A stretch of DNA of 64,000 nucleotides from a virus. Within the stretch, counting starts at the first letter, position 1; each line of letters begins with the position of its first letter. The translations under genes were made by a program, and so were the position numbers. The DNA lies in IMG/VR virus record IMGVR_UViG_3300047564_002155, positions 32,001-96,000 of that record. The stretch is one strand, 5' to 3'. The notes beneath the pieces were generated by a model that had not been told where the DNA came from, ran no database searches, and saw nothing but the letters and a program-made list of their open reading frames with translations. Of this stretch, positions 36,596-46,377 are shown piece after piece.

Positions 36596-38245
36596 ATGAA
36601 AGTAAATAACATTTTAGCTGAATCTGCTGGTTTCAACAAGAGAATGTCTGAAGAGACTAAAGGTATCGTATCTAAATGGGCTAAAACTGGTCTTTTAGAA
36701 GGTTTATCTTCAGATTTTGAAAAGTCAGGAATGGCTACTCTACTTGAAAACCAAGCAAAGCAATTAGTATCTGAAGCATCTGCTACAGGTACATCGGCAA
36801 ACTCTGAAGAGTGGAGCGGTGTCGCTTTACCTTTGGTACGCCGTATCTTCTCTGAAATCGCAGCGAAAGAATTCGTTTCGGTTCAACCTATGAACTTACC
36901 TTCGGGTCTTGTATTCTACTTGGACTTCAAGTATGGTACAGGTCAACCAGGTTTCACTACTGGTTCTGGTAAAAACTCACAAGCTGATTCAGTATTCGGT
37001 ATCACCGAAACTGGTTCAAATGCTACTGGTGGTCTTTACGGAGACGGTCGTTTCGGTTACACTATCAATGAAACTCAATCTGCTGCGTTAGGTTATGGTT
37101 CACTTGGTGCTAGTAACGTAGCTACTAGCTCATTAAGCGAATCAGACTACAACTTTGACACCGCGTGGTCAGCATCAGTTTACGTTAACTACCCAGGTAT
37201 TTCTGGTGGTGTATCTATCCACACTTTGAGCGTATCTGCGTCTTCAATCAGCGGATTTGATTCAAATGGTGTTAAGGCGTTCCAACCAGTTGGTGATGCT
37301 GTAACTGCTTACTACCCACAATTCACTACTTACAACTCTACAACTGAAGTTGTCAAGTTTGTTGTATTGGGTGATGTTGACAATGGTGACACTGTTGTTA
37401 TCAAGTACCAAAAGCAACCAACTGATATCACTCGTGGTGACTTTGAACAATCAACTTCAGGTTTCGCTGCAAACCCAGAAACCGATTTAGGTATTCCTGA
37501 ATTGAACGTAGAGCTTCGTTCTATTCCAATCGTTGCTAAGACTCGTAAGTTGAAGGCACAATGGACTCCAGAATTCGCTCAAGACTTGAACGCATACCAC
37601 TCAATTGACGCTGAAGCTGAATTAACCTCAATGTTGTCAGAGTACATCTCACAAGAAATTGACCTTGAAATCTTGGATATGTTACAACAAAACGCATTGA
37701 CTACTGGTCACTGGTCGGCTAAAGTTGGTTACGAGTGGAATGGTTCATCATTCGCTCAATCTGCGGCTAACTACACTGCATACATCCAAGGTACTTGGTT
37801 TGCTACATTAGGTACTGTTCTTCAGAGAGTATCTAACCAAATCCACGCTAAGACTATGAGAGGTGGAGCAAACTTCTTGGTAGTATCTCCTGATGTTGCA
37901 ACTATCCTTGAGTCTATTCCAGGATACACCGCAAATGGTACAGGTGAAGCAATGCAGTTCGCAATGGGCGTATCTCAAGTAGGTTCATTCGCTAACCGCT
38001 ACACTGTTTACAAGAACCCATACATGCAATCAAATATGATTCTTATGGGCTTCAAAGGTGCTCAATTCCTTGAGACTGGTGCTGTTTACGCTCCATACAT
38101 CCCATTGATTATGACTCCTCTTGTGTACGACCCGAAAAACTTCCAACCTCGTAAGGGTGTAATGACTCGTTACGCGAAGGAAATGATTCGTGGTGAGTTC
38201 TACGGTAAAGTATTCGTTCACGGTCTTGAGACTGTTGGACAATAA
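36596..38245 (+). CDS. gp23: Major capsid protein (T4 gp23-like)
   Basis: 'LLENQ', 'LPLVRR', 'VQPMNLPSGLVFYL', 'AKTRKLKAQWTPEFAQDLNAYHSIDAEAEL', 'YAPYIPL', 'FQPRKGVMTRY'. Confidence 0.97.
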   Translation: MKVNNILAESAGFNKRMSEETKGIVSKWAKTGLLEGLSSDFEKSGMATLLENQAKQLVSEASATGTSANSEEWSGVALPLVRRIFSEIAAKEFVSVQPMNLPSGLVFYLDFKYGTGQPGFTTGSGKNSQADSVFGITETGSNATGGLYGDGRFGYTINETQSAALGYGSLGASNVATSSLSESDYNFDTAWSASVYVNYPGISGGVSIHTLSVSASSISGFDSNGVKAFQPVGDAVTAYYPQFTTYNSTTEVVKFVVLGDVDNGDTVVIKYQKQPTDITRGDFEQSTSGFAANPETDLGIPELNVELRSIPIVAKTRKLKAQWTPEFAQDLNAYHSIDAEAELTSMLSEYISQEIDLEILDMLQQNALTTGHWSAKVGYEWNGSSFAQSAANYTAYIQGTWFATLGTVLQRVSNQIHAKTMRGGANFLVVSPDVATILESIPGYTANGTGEAMQFAMGVSQVGSFANRYTVYKNPYMQSNMILMGFKGAQFLETGAVYAPYIPLIMTPLVYDPKNFQPRKGVMTRYAKEMIRGEFYGKVFVHGLETVGQ

Positions 38246-38270
38246 TAATCGTTAGAACAACGAGTAATCT

Positions 38271-38298
38271 AAAGGGGGTCTTCGGACCCCCTTTTTTT
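38271..38298 (+). terminator. Rho-independent terminator after major capsid gene
   Basis: AAAGGGGGTC-TTCG-GACCCCCTTT hairpin with C(UUCG)G tetraloop followed by a T run. Confidence 0.92.
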
Positions 38299-38358
38299 AT
38301 TATACCCAAGATACTTATACTAAAGGTTTTATAATAATAATTTATCTATAAAGGGTTT

Positions 38359-39015
38359 ATGGAGAATACGGAAAAACGAGTTCCAAAAGGTGATATTAAA
38401 TTTTCAATTAATTTATCCGATGAACAAAAACACGCAAAATCACAAATCCTTGAACATCCATTTAATTTTATTTTAGGAAAAGCTGGTAGTGGTAAAACCC
38501 TACTCGCAGTTCAGATTGCATTGGATTTGTATTTCAAAAGAGAAATCAACAAAATTGTTATCACGAGACCTACTGTATCTAATGAGGACAATGGATTTTT
38601 ACCTGGTTCTTTGGAAGAAAAAATGGAACCTTGGTTAGTACCAATCCGTTCTAATATGAAAAAGGTATACGATAAGTGGATTGTCCTTGAAAAAATGGAA
38701 AAAGAAGAAAACATTGAATTGGTTTCTTTAACACATTTTCGTGGTAGAACTTTTGATAATTGTGTATGTATAGTAGATGAGTTTCAAAACTTAACTAAAA
38801 CACAATTAGCAATGGTATTGGGTAGATTGGGTAAGGGGTCTCGTATGATTCTTACAGGTGACGCTCAACAAATTGATTTAAAGTTTTCAAACGATTCAGC
38901 AGTACACGATGTTGCTAAATTAAAAGAATCAAGATTTGTATACACGGTTAATTTAAAAGATAATCACCGACACGAAGCTCTTGATGAAGTTTTAAGACTA
39001 TTATATTCTTTCTAA
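38359..39015 (+). CDS. phoH: PhoH-family ATPase
   Basis: 'GKAGSGKTLLA', 'ITRP', 'GFLPG', 'RGRTF', 'VDEFQN', 'GDAQQID', 'HRH'. Confidence 0.93.
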   Translation: MENTEKRVPKGDIKFSINLSDEQKHAKSQILEHPFNFILGKAGSGKTLLAVQIALDLYFKREINKIVITRPTVSNEDNGFLPGSLEEKMEPWLVPIRSNMKKVYDKWIVLEKMEKEENIELVSLTHFRGRTFDNCVCIVDEFQNLTKTQLAMVLGRLGKGSRMILTGDAQQIDLKFSNDSAVHDVAKLKESRFVYTVNLKDNHRHEALDEVLRLLYSF

Positions 39016-39084
39016 TAAGTTATGTTTAATCTCTAACTATTTATTGATTAGAGATACTATTTTATTAAGAGTTGGAGAACTTGT

Positions 39085-42000
39085 ATGGCCGATTACACAG
39101 GGTCTTTTAGTGGTTCATTTGAAGGCACATTTCTTGGTGGTGTAATATCATCATCGGCGCAATTGTCTGTTGATTGGAATGGTAGTGTTATTACTAACAA
39201 ACCAACCACAATTTCCCCATTCCAAGCAAATTCTATTATTTCAAATAATAGATTTAGAGAAACTACGTTTCCACCAATTTCATCATCAATATCATCACGA
39301 CTTACAGCCGTTGAGGTTAGTGTAGGTGCATTTGTTTCCGGTAGTGTTTCTCCGGGAACTATTAGTTCATCTGCTCAAATTTCAGAGTTAGGGTACTTAA
39401 CCTCTGCATCTGCTGCGGCTGCTGGATTTGGTACAGGTGGTGGTGAAACTTACACAGCCGGTCTTGGAATTACAATTTCAAGTAATGTAATAACTTTAGA
39501 CACAAGTTCTACACATTTTATTCAAGGTGTATCTGCATCTGCTGCTGCAAGTGGTTTTGGTGGTGGTGGGGGTTCAAACGCAGCTCCAATCATCAACGAC
39601 CAAACAATGTCAGCAGTTCCCGAAAGTTCATCCGCTGGTTATTCAGTTGGATTGATTACCGCTACGGATACTGAAGGTAATACTATTACATTTGGTGCAT
39701 TTACAATTTCTAATGTTTATTTAAGTTCAAATCCATCGGTAAACTTAACTTCATCATTGGGTGGAACTTCTTTATACGACCCTACTGTAAACCCATTCCA
39801 AGTAAATAGTTCGGGACTTATTACTCGTAAAAATAGTGTTTTCTTAAATTCAGATGTAGCTGATAACTATGTTTATTTAGCTACCGTTACCGACGCATTT
39901 GCAACTACTACTGGTTCCGGATTTGTATACATTCCAATTTCAGCTCATAGTGCTACTACTATTGGTGGTAATAATTCAACTTATTATGTTACTGAATCTG
40001 CTGTTGCTGGAAACAATCTGACTACAAACTCTAATGGTAGAACCGTGAGTGATGTTACATTTACATCAACTGGCGTATCTCAAATGTGGGAAGTTAATTC
40101 AGTTCCAAGTGGATTTATTAGATTTACAAACGGAACCACAATATATACTGGCTCTACATCACTCGCACTTGAAGTTGATTCAAATATCAGCGGTTCAGCT
40201 AAATCCGGAAGTAACACAATTGCAATTCAAATTACTGCGTCTCAAACTGATTTTGAAACAACAAAACAATATAGAGACCATACTTTATACATCGTTAACA
40301 ACGCAGGACCAACGGGTTCTTTCTCCGATACTTCAGCTAACTTAAACACAAATGGCGCTAGACCCGGAAATACCCTATCAACCCTAACTTGGACTGATGT
40401 AGAAAGTGATACATTAGACCACGGAACATTTAATTTCCAAGTTGCTAATGGTGCTAGTATAACTGCAAATAGAAGTGGTAATAACTACTTAATAACCGCA
40501 AGTGCTAATTTAACAGCAGCTACATATTCCTTTACTGCAAGTATCAAGGATGTTCACGGATTTGCTACCGGAACTAAAGCACACTCGTTTGTAATTGCTC
40601 AAGCACCTCTTGGTACTTTAACAACAAATGGCACATTCTATGTTATAGAAACTGCTGTGAGTGGTAATTTGATTTACACAAGTACAAATGGTAGAAGTGG
40701 TACTCAAGGTGATTTAGGAGTGACATATTCACCGCCATACAATTCCGCTGTGGTAGCATCATTCACATCATCAGACGCAAGAGTTAACATAAACGCTGTT
40801 GGAAATTTAAGTGTTACTGGCATAGGTATTAGTGGTTCTGCCGGTGGTTCGTTTCCAGGAACTATAACACCAACGGTTACTTGGAGAGACCAATATAATA
40901 ATGTGGGTAGTAGTTCTATTACAATTAACATTGCAGTTAACAATGCTCCAACTGTAAGTTTGAATAATCCAGATACGGACAATCAAAACACAAACTTAGC
41001 AACCACAGGAACACGACTAACAAGATTAACTTGGACAGACGCTGAAAGTGACGCATTAAGTGTTCAGACATTTACACTAACGGGAGCTGGGGCTGCTTCA
41101 CTATCAAGTTCATATGATGGTTCTAATATATTTGGTATCTATGCAGCTAGTAATTTAGCGGCAGGGACCTATGGGTACACCGCAAGTATCAAAGACACAC
41201 ACCAAATCCGAACAGGTTCATATTTAAATACTATTACTATTTCTCAAGCAAGTAGTGGTTCTTTGTTAAATCCAAGCACTTACTATGTAGTAGAATCTGC
41301 TGTGAGTGGTAACTTTATAACAAGAGATGTAGATGGTAGTGGTTCTGCTGCTAGTGCAAGCGTATCATATCCAGCTGGGATTGGAAACCCAACGGCTACT
41401 AACTTCTCAGCATCAGATGCGTATGGTGTAATTACAATTCATCCAACTACGGCTGTATTGAGTATAAATCAAAATTTTAGCGGTTCAGTATCATTACCAA
41501 CCGAAGGTAATTCGTTTACAGCTAGAATATTTTGGAATGATATATATCAAAGTGGTAGTGGTGATATTAATATTAGTGTAACTAATAACTTAAACCCAAC
41601 CGCAAGTTTTGCAAATGCAAATTTAACTGCGCCCGTTACAACTAATACAACACTTGTAACAGTTACTTTGACTGACCCTGAAGTTGCTACCCCATTTTCA
41701 ATGTCGTTAAGTGGACTATCTGCAATTTCTATGTCAGCAGTTCCTCAAAACGCAGCAAGTTCTTCATATTTGTTAAAAAATAGTGTAGACATAAACGATG
41801 GTGTTACTTTGTCTTACACCGCAAGTGTATTTGACGCTTATAATAACCAAGTTAATTTTAATAGACAATTAATTATTGCAGAACCCGTGGCGGGTTCACC
41901 CGTTGTTTATATTTATCATCACACCGCTGGGTCATCTATTACTACTGAAGCTCAGATGATTTCCGCTCTTGGTGATCCTGACGCAGATGGTATTGCTTTA

Positions 42001-42450
42001 ACAAGTGGTTCTATTTTAGCATATTTAGTAACCGGAACCATAGGTGTTTCTTCATACACAACTCCAGCTGGACTTGGTAGTAGAGTTTTAACATTGGTTA
42101 CAAGTCAAAGTATGGATTCGTTAAGGGCTATAAGCGGTTCTTATGTAAATACTTCTGGTGTTAGTGGTGGTGGTGCTTTATTGGTAATTTTCCCATCATC
42201 ATCATTATTAGCAGATAAACCCACAACTATGTATGATGGAGTTCCGCCAGATGGAACGCCGACAAATGGTGAGTATTATGTTTATGGAAAAGATGCTGCT
42301 ATACCAGGAACAATTGGGTCTGGAGTATACTATTTTACAACCGATGTAGCTGTAAATGGTACGGACCGATGGGGTTTTGTATTTGGTGAAGGTAGAAACA
42401 CTAACAATTCACGATATTTCTTAATGCCTGACTCAGCGTCGGCACCATAA
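39085..42450 (+). CDS. Ser/Thr-rich virion protein with cadherin/Ig-like repeats
   Basis: 'NAAPIINDQTMSAVPESSSAG...ITATDTEGNTITF' and repeated 'NNAPT...TWTD.ESD' units; N-terminal SSSAQ motifs. Confidence 0.65.
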   Translation: MADYTGSFSGSFEGTFLGGVISSSAQLSVDWNGSVITNKPTTISPFQANSIISNNRFRETTFPPISSSISSRLTAVEVSVGAFVSGSVSPGTISSSAQISELGYLTSASAAAAGFGTGGGETYTAGLGITISSNVITLDTSSTHFIQGVSASAAASGFGGGGGSNAAPIINDQTMSAVPESSSAGYSVGLITATDTEGNTITFGAFTISNVYLSSNPSVNLTSSLGGTSLYDPTVNPFQVNSSGLITRKNSVFLNSDVADNYVYLATVTDAFATTTGSGFVYIPISAHSATTIGGNNSTYYVTESAVAGNNLTTNSNGRTVSDVTFTSTGVSQMWEVNSVPSGFIRFTNGTTIYTGSTSLALEVDSNISGSAKSGSNTIAIQITASQTDFETTKQYRDHTLYIVNNAGPTGSFSDTSANLNTNGARPGNTLSTLTWTDVESDTLDHGTFNFQVANGASITANRSGNNYLITASANLTAATYSFTASIKDVHGFATGTKAHSFVIAQAPLGTLTTNGTFYVIETAVSGNLIYTSTNGRSGTQGDLGVTYSPPYNSAVVASFTSSDARVNINAVGNLSVTGIGISGSAGGSFPGTITPTVTWRDQYNNVGSSSITINIAVNNAPTVSLNNPDTDNQNTNLATTGTRLTRLTWTDAESDALSVQTFTLTGAGAASLSSSYDGSNIFGIYAASNLAAGTYGYTASIKDTHQIRTGSYLNTITISQASSGSLLNPSTYYVVESAVSGNFITRDVDGSGSAASASVSYPAGIGNPTATNFSASDAYGVITIHPTTAVLSINQNFSGSVSLPTEGNSFTARIFWNDIYQSGSGDINISVTNNLNPTASFANANLTAPVTTNTTLVTVTLTDPEVATPFSMSLSGLSAISMSAVPQNAASSSYLLKNSVDINDGVTLSYTASVFDAYNNQVNFNRQLIIAEPVAGSPVVYIYHHTAGSSITTEAQMISALGDPDADGIALTSGSILAYLVTGTIGVSSYTTPAGLGSRVLTLVTSQSMDSLRAISGSYVNTSGVSGGGALLVIFPSSSLLADKPTTMYDGVPPDGTPTNGEYYVYGKDAAIPGTIGSGVYYFTTDVAVNGTDRWGFVFGEGRNTNNSRYFLMPDSASAP

Positions 42451-42465
42451 TTTTTGGAGTAAAAA

Positions 42466-44958
42466 ATGCCAACAACTGCAGGTGATATATATGTAAGAAG
42501 TGGTACCCAGGGCGCATTTACCGAGGTAAAATACGTTCAGGGCGGATGGCTTACTGTTGATTCTTCATCTACTATGGTGAATATAGATGTATCAAGACTA
42601 CAACAAGGCCAATTGGTATTTGTTGAATCTCAAAATAAATTTTATAAAGCTACTGTTATATTAGCGGATTATATAACTATTTTTGACGACTCCGCTTCTT
42701 TTTCAGAGTATAGATTTTTAACATCAAGTATTTCTAATTTTGACAGCGAAGTATCACGTTCAGCTGCTATTGCGGGGTTTGGAAGTGGTGGTGGAAGTGT
42801 ACCTGCTGGGACTGTATCATCATCTGCTCAAACGATTGCAAATTTAAATGGAACCAACATTTTATCGGGTTCTATTCTTACATCAAGTGTAACTAATTTT
42901 GATACTGAAGTTTCTCGTTCAGCCGCAGCAAATGGATTTGGAGCATCAACTCTTCCAAGTGGTGTTGTATCATCATCTGCTCAAGTAAGTTATGTGTTGA
43001 TTTCAAACGTGCCATCGGGTATTGTTTCAAGTTCAACCCAAACTATTGCAAACTTAAATGGTAGTGGTATTCTTTCAGGTTCTTCAAGTGTGCCTGCTGG
43101 AACGATTAGTGGTTCTCAACAAATTACTGATTTAGGTTTTATCAACCAAAGTCAAACATCTTCAATGTCGGTTGCAACTGCTTCATATGTAAGTCCTACA
43201 TTTATTTCAGCATCTGCTGCCGCAAGTGGCTTTGGGTCTTCAACCCTTCCAAGTGGTGTGGTTTCTTCATCCGCTCAGGTTGTTGCAGCTCTACCTGTTG
43301 GAACAATAAGTTCATCGGCTCAGATTTTACCAATCTTAACCTCAAGTGTAACCAATTTTGATACTGAAGTATCACGCTCAGCAGCAACGGCTGGATTTGG
43401 AAGTTCTACTCTTCCAAGTGGTGTTGTATCATCATCCGCTCAAGTTATTAGTAACTTAAATGGCAGTGGTATTCTTTCAGGTTCCATTCCAACTTCAAGC
43501 GTAACCAATTTTGATACCGAAGTTTCTCGTTCTGCTGCTGCAAGTGGCTTTGGAAGTGGTGGTGGAGCTTCTGTTCCGGCCGGTACTATTTCATCATCTG
43601 CTCAAGTAATTGCATCTTTGCCGGCTGGAACTGTATCATCATCAGCTCAAATCCTACCAATACTTACTTCAAGTGTAACTAATTTTGATACTGAAGTTTC
43701 AAGGTCTGCTGCAGCTGCAGGATTTGGAAGTGGTGGTGGTTCAACTGATATTTCAGCACTAAACACATTTACATCTTCTATTCAAAGTGAAGTAAACGCT
43801 TTAAAAGCTGCTACAAGTTCTTATGTAACATCTGCTCAAACAAGTTCGTTTGTTACAAATTCTCAAACATCATCGTTTGCTATCAAAGCAGAAATTAGTG
43901 GTGCTTTTACACAAGACTCAAGTTCTATTTCAACTCGTTTAACATCACTTGAAGGAACGAGCGGTGGTGATGTAACTGCTTTAAATTTGTTTACTTCATC
44001 AATTCAAACGCAGGTTAATAACTTAACCGCTGAAACGAGTTCATATCTAACATCAGCTGATACATCATCATTCATCACAATTAGTCAGACATCTTCAATG
44101 TCGGTGGCTACTGCTTCGTATGTAAGTCCTACATTTATTTCAGCATCAGCTGCTGCAAGTGGATTTGGCTCCACAACTCTTCCAAGTGGTGTGGTTTCTT
44201 CATCTACTCAAATAGTAGCAGCCCTACCTGCTGGAACTGTATCATCATCCGCACAAACGGTTGCAAATTTGGTTGGTCAAAATGTTGTAGTAAATTCTAT
44301 TACTGCTCAACAATATGTGGTATCATCATCGGTATCATTCATTACCACTTCATTCTCAAGTGGTTCAACCGCATTTGGTGATAGTTTATCTGATACACAC
44401 ACATTTACAGGTTCAGTATCAATCACAGGGTCATTAAATATTGGTGGTCCATTTACTGTAAACAATGAAAACTTAAATGTATCAAGTGGTTCTATTATCT
44501 TAACAAATAGTAGTAGTATTGTTGTACTTGATAGTGGTATTATTAGTGGTACTTTTGTTGGTAATTTAAATTACAACTACATCACTAACTTACCTAATTT
44601 GATTTCATCATCAGCTCAAATTGCTGCTCTTGGGGCAGGTTTATTATCAAGTTCGGCTCAAATTGCGAGTGATATTAGTGGAGCATTTACTTCACTATCA
44701 TCTTCGTTTGCAAGTAGAATTACCGCTCTTGAAGGGGCTGGTGGTGGTAGTGGAATTTTCACACTAACTGGTTCATTCTACTCAACAACAAACAATGTTA
44801 AAATTACAGGTTCACTATCAGTTGGTAGTGGTTCATTTAAATCATTTGAAGTTGACTCAAATGGATTTGTGGTGTTAGGTGATATGACTAAAGACTTGAA
44901 TATCGCTCCGATTGGAACAATTGCTTACTCCGGAAGTAACTTTTACCTAATATCTTAA
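42466..44958 (+). CDS. SSSAQ-repeat fibre protein
   Basis: Repeats of 'TSSVTNFDTEVSRSAAAAGFG' and '(V/I)SSSAQ'; 'SGSTAFGDSLSDTHTFTGS' motif shared with 46378. Confidence 0.65.
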   Translation: MPTTAGDIYVRSGTQGAFTEVKYVQGGWLTVDSSSTMVNIDVSRLQQGQLVFVESQNKFYKATVILADYITIFDDSASFSEYRFLTSSISNFDSEVSRSAAIAGFGSGGGSVPAGTVSSSAQTIANLNGTNILSGSILTSSVTNFDTEVSRSAAANGFGASTLPSGVVSSSAQVSYVLISNVPSGIVSSSTQTIANLNGSGILSGSSSVPAGTISGSQQITDLGFINQSQTSSMSVATASYVSPTFISASAAASGFGSSTLPSGVVSSSAQVVAALPVGTISSSAQILPILTSSVTNFDTEVSRSAATAGFGSSTLPSGVVSSSAQVISNLNGSGILSGSIPTSSVTNFDTEVSRSAAASGFGSGGGASVPAGTISSSAQVIASLPAGTVSSSAQILPILTSSVTNFDTEVSRSAAAAGFGSGGGSTDISALNTFTSSIQSEVNALKAATSSYVTSAQTSSFVTNSQTSSFAIKAEISGAFTQDSSSISTRLTSLEGTSGGDVTALNLFTSSIQTQVNNLTAETSSYLTSADTSSFITISQTSSMSVATASYVSPTFISASAAASGFGSTTLPSGVVSSSTQIVAALPAGTVSSSAQTVANLVGQNVVVNSITAQQYVVSSSVSFITTSFSSGSTAFGDSLSDTHTFTGSVSITGSLNIGGPFTVNNENLNVSSGSIILTNSSSIVVLDSGIISGTFVGNLNYNYITNLPNLISSSAQIAALGAGLLSSSAQIASDISGAFTSLSSSFASRITALEGAGGGSGIFTLTGSFYSTTNNVKITGSLSVGSGSFKSFEVDSNGFVVLGDMTKDLNIAPIGTIAYSGSNFYLIS

Positions 44959-44967
44959 TATTTATTC

Positions 44968-44985
44968 TTGATATCAAAAAAGTTT
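44968..44985. repeat. 18-bp direct repeat, copy 1 (TTGATATCAAAAAAGTTT)
   Basis: Identical to 46047-46064; contains the palindrome TTGATATCAA. Confidence 0.8.
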
Positions 44986-45018
44986 CGTTAATGCATTAAC
45001 AAAAATGGAGAACTAAAA

Positions 45019-46044
45019 ATGCCAAATATTCAAAAAATTGTAGTTAGTGGAAGTAGTATTTCACAACTATTCAACGATGCAGGATACCTTGCATCTGCTG
45101 GTAATGGAATCGTATCATCATCAGCTCAAGTATTAGCTAATTTAAATGCGTCGGGTATTGTATCATCATCTGCCCAAATTGACGATTTATTTAATATTGA
45201 CGGTCTGATTTCATCATCAGCTCAAATCGCTGCTCTTGGTGCTGGAATTGTATCATCATCCACTCAATTAGAGGGTGCATTTGATACTCGTTATTTAAAC
45301 ACAACGGGTGATAGTGTTGTATCATCATCCGCTCAAATCAATGTAACAAACGCTATTGTAGACGCTGCTGCTGGTATTGTTTACACTAAATTAAACTTTG
45401 ATGGTTCGGGATTCCTATCATCATCTGGTCAGCTTGGCGTAAACGATACTCAAATTTCATTATCAGGTTCTAATGGTGTAAGTATTAATGGTGGAACTGA
45501 TGGTTCATTTACACTTAACCAATCTACTACGGCATCATTTAATATCGCTATTCCAAGTGGTGTAGTATCTGCTTCAGCATTCTCATCACCATCACAAGGT
45601 ACGGTTCGTGCTACAATCAATGGTGTTCAAACCGATGTGGATACCGGTCTTCAAACAGGCGACTCACCACAATTCACAAACTTAACCTTAACTGGTGATT
45701 TATTTGTAGGTGGTGATACAGTCACAATAAACACGGCAAACTTAAACATTGAAGATAAGTTTATCTTATTAAACTCCGGTTCAGGTGGTTCTTCTGCTGA
45801 AGGTGGTATTATTGTTGAGTCATCTGGTTCAGTTGGAACGGGTAACGCATTCTACTATGACGCATCAGATGCTCGTTGGGCGTTAAAAGCTGGATTAAGT
45901 GCTACAAACACCGGCGCTGTAACCGCTGAAGCGTTTATGAGTGTTGCTGTTGTTGATACTTTTGCTAACGCAACTGGTAGTGCTTACTACAAAACAGGTA
46001 ACATTATTATTGATGGTCAAGACATTTACATTGTAACTGTATAA
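45019..46044 (+). CDS. SSSAQ-repeat fibre protein
   Basis: N-terminus paralogous to 46378 (MPN..K.VVSGS..SQL.ND); 'NTANLNIEDKFILLN' fibre motif. Confidence 0.65.
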   Translation: MPNIQKIVVSGSSISQLFNDAGYLASAGNGIVSSSAQVLANLNASGIVSSSAQIDDLFNIDGLISSSAQIAALGAGIVSSSTQLEGAFDTRYLNTTGDSVVSSSAQINVTNAIVDAAAGIVYTKLNFDGSGFLSSSGQLGVNDTQISLSGSNGVSINGGTDGSFTLNQSTTASFNIAIPSGVVSASAFSSPSQGTVRATINGVQTDVDTGLQTGDSPQFTNLTLTGDLFVGGDTVTINTANLNIEDKFILLNSGSGGSSAEGGIIVESSGSVGTGNAFYYDASDARWALKAGLSATNTGAVTAEAFMSVAVVDTFANATGSAYYKTGNIIIDGQDIYIVTV

Positions 46045-46046
46045 TA

Positions 46047-46064
46047 TTGATATCAAAAAAGTTT
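46047..46064. repeat. 18-bp direct repeat, copy 2
   Basis: Identical to 44968-44985. Confidence 0.8.
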
Positions 46065-46070
46065 TGATTT

Positions 46071-46238
46071 ATGGCAAAAAACGATTCTCCAAAAGAAGTG
46101 GAACTCAAGCTCTCAACACGAGAGCTTGAGGCCCTTCTAATCGGATTGGGTGAGGTTCCCTTTAAAGGTAAAGACATTGAGTTTGTCTACCGACTCGCAG
46201 TCAAACTTCAAGAAGGAATCCTAAAGTCAAAATCCTAA
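46071..46238 (+). CDS. Small 55-aa ORF not in the ORF track (MAKNDSPKEVELKLSTRELEALLIGL...), possible fibre chaperone
   Basis: Clean ORF between a fibre gene and a terminator; chaperone role is inferred from position only. Confidence 0.6.
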   Translation: MAKNDSPKEVELKLSTRELEALLIGLGEVPFKGKDIEFVYRLAVKLQEGILKSKS

Positions 46239-46242
46239 AAAG

Positions 46243-46268
46243 AAACCCTCCCAAGTGGAGGGTTTTTT
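46243..46268 (+). terminator. Rho-independent terminator
   Basis: AAACCCTCC-CAAGT-GGAGGGTTT followed by Ts. Confidence 0.85.
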
Positions 46269-46313
46269 ATTTGATATCTATCTATTTATTTAAGATTATA
46301 ATCATAAAAATCT

Positions 46314-46360
46314 TGGTTGTTGGCCCGAAAGGGAAGTGGGCACGAAAGTGTTACCAACCA
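46314..46360 (+). ncRNA. Putative structured cis-regulatory RNA leader (multibranch, two GAAA tetraloops)
   Basis: TGGTTG/CAACCA closing stem, CCC-GAAA-GGG and GGCAC-GAAA-GTGTT hairpins; GC-rich island between a promoter-like motif and ATG 46378. Confidence 0.5.
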
Positions 46361-46377
46361 CAATAAAGGATGGGGAT

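Noticed and set aside
46336-46377. GTG-started N-terminal extension in the ORF track
   Set aside because: Paralogue 45019 begins at the equivalent of ATG 46378 and the region folds better as an RNA leader.
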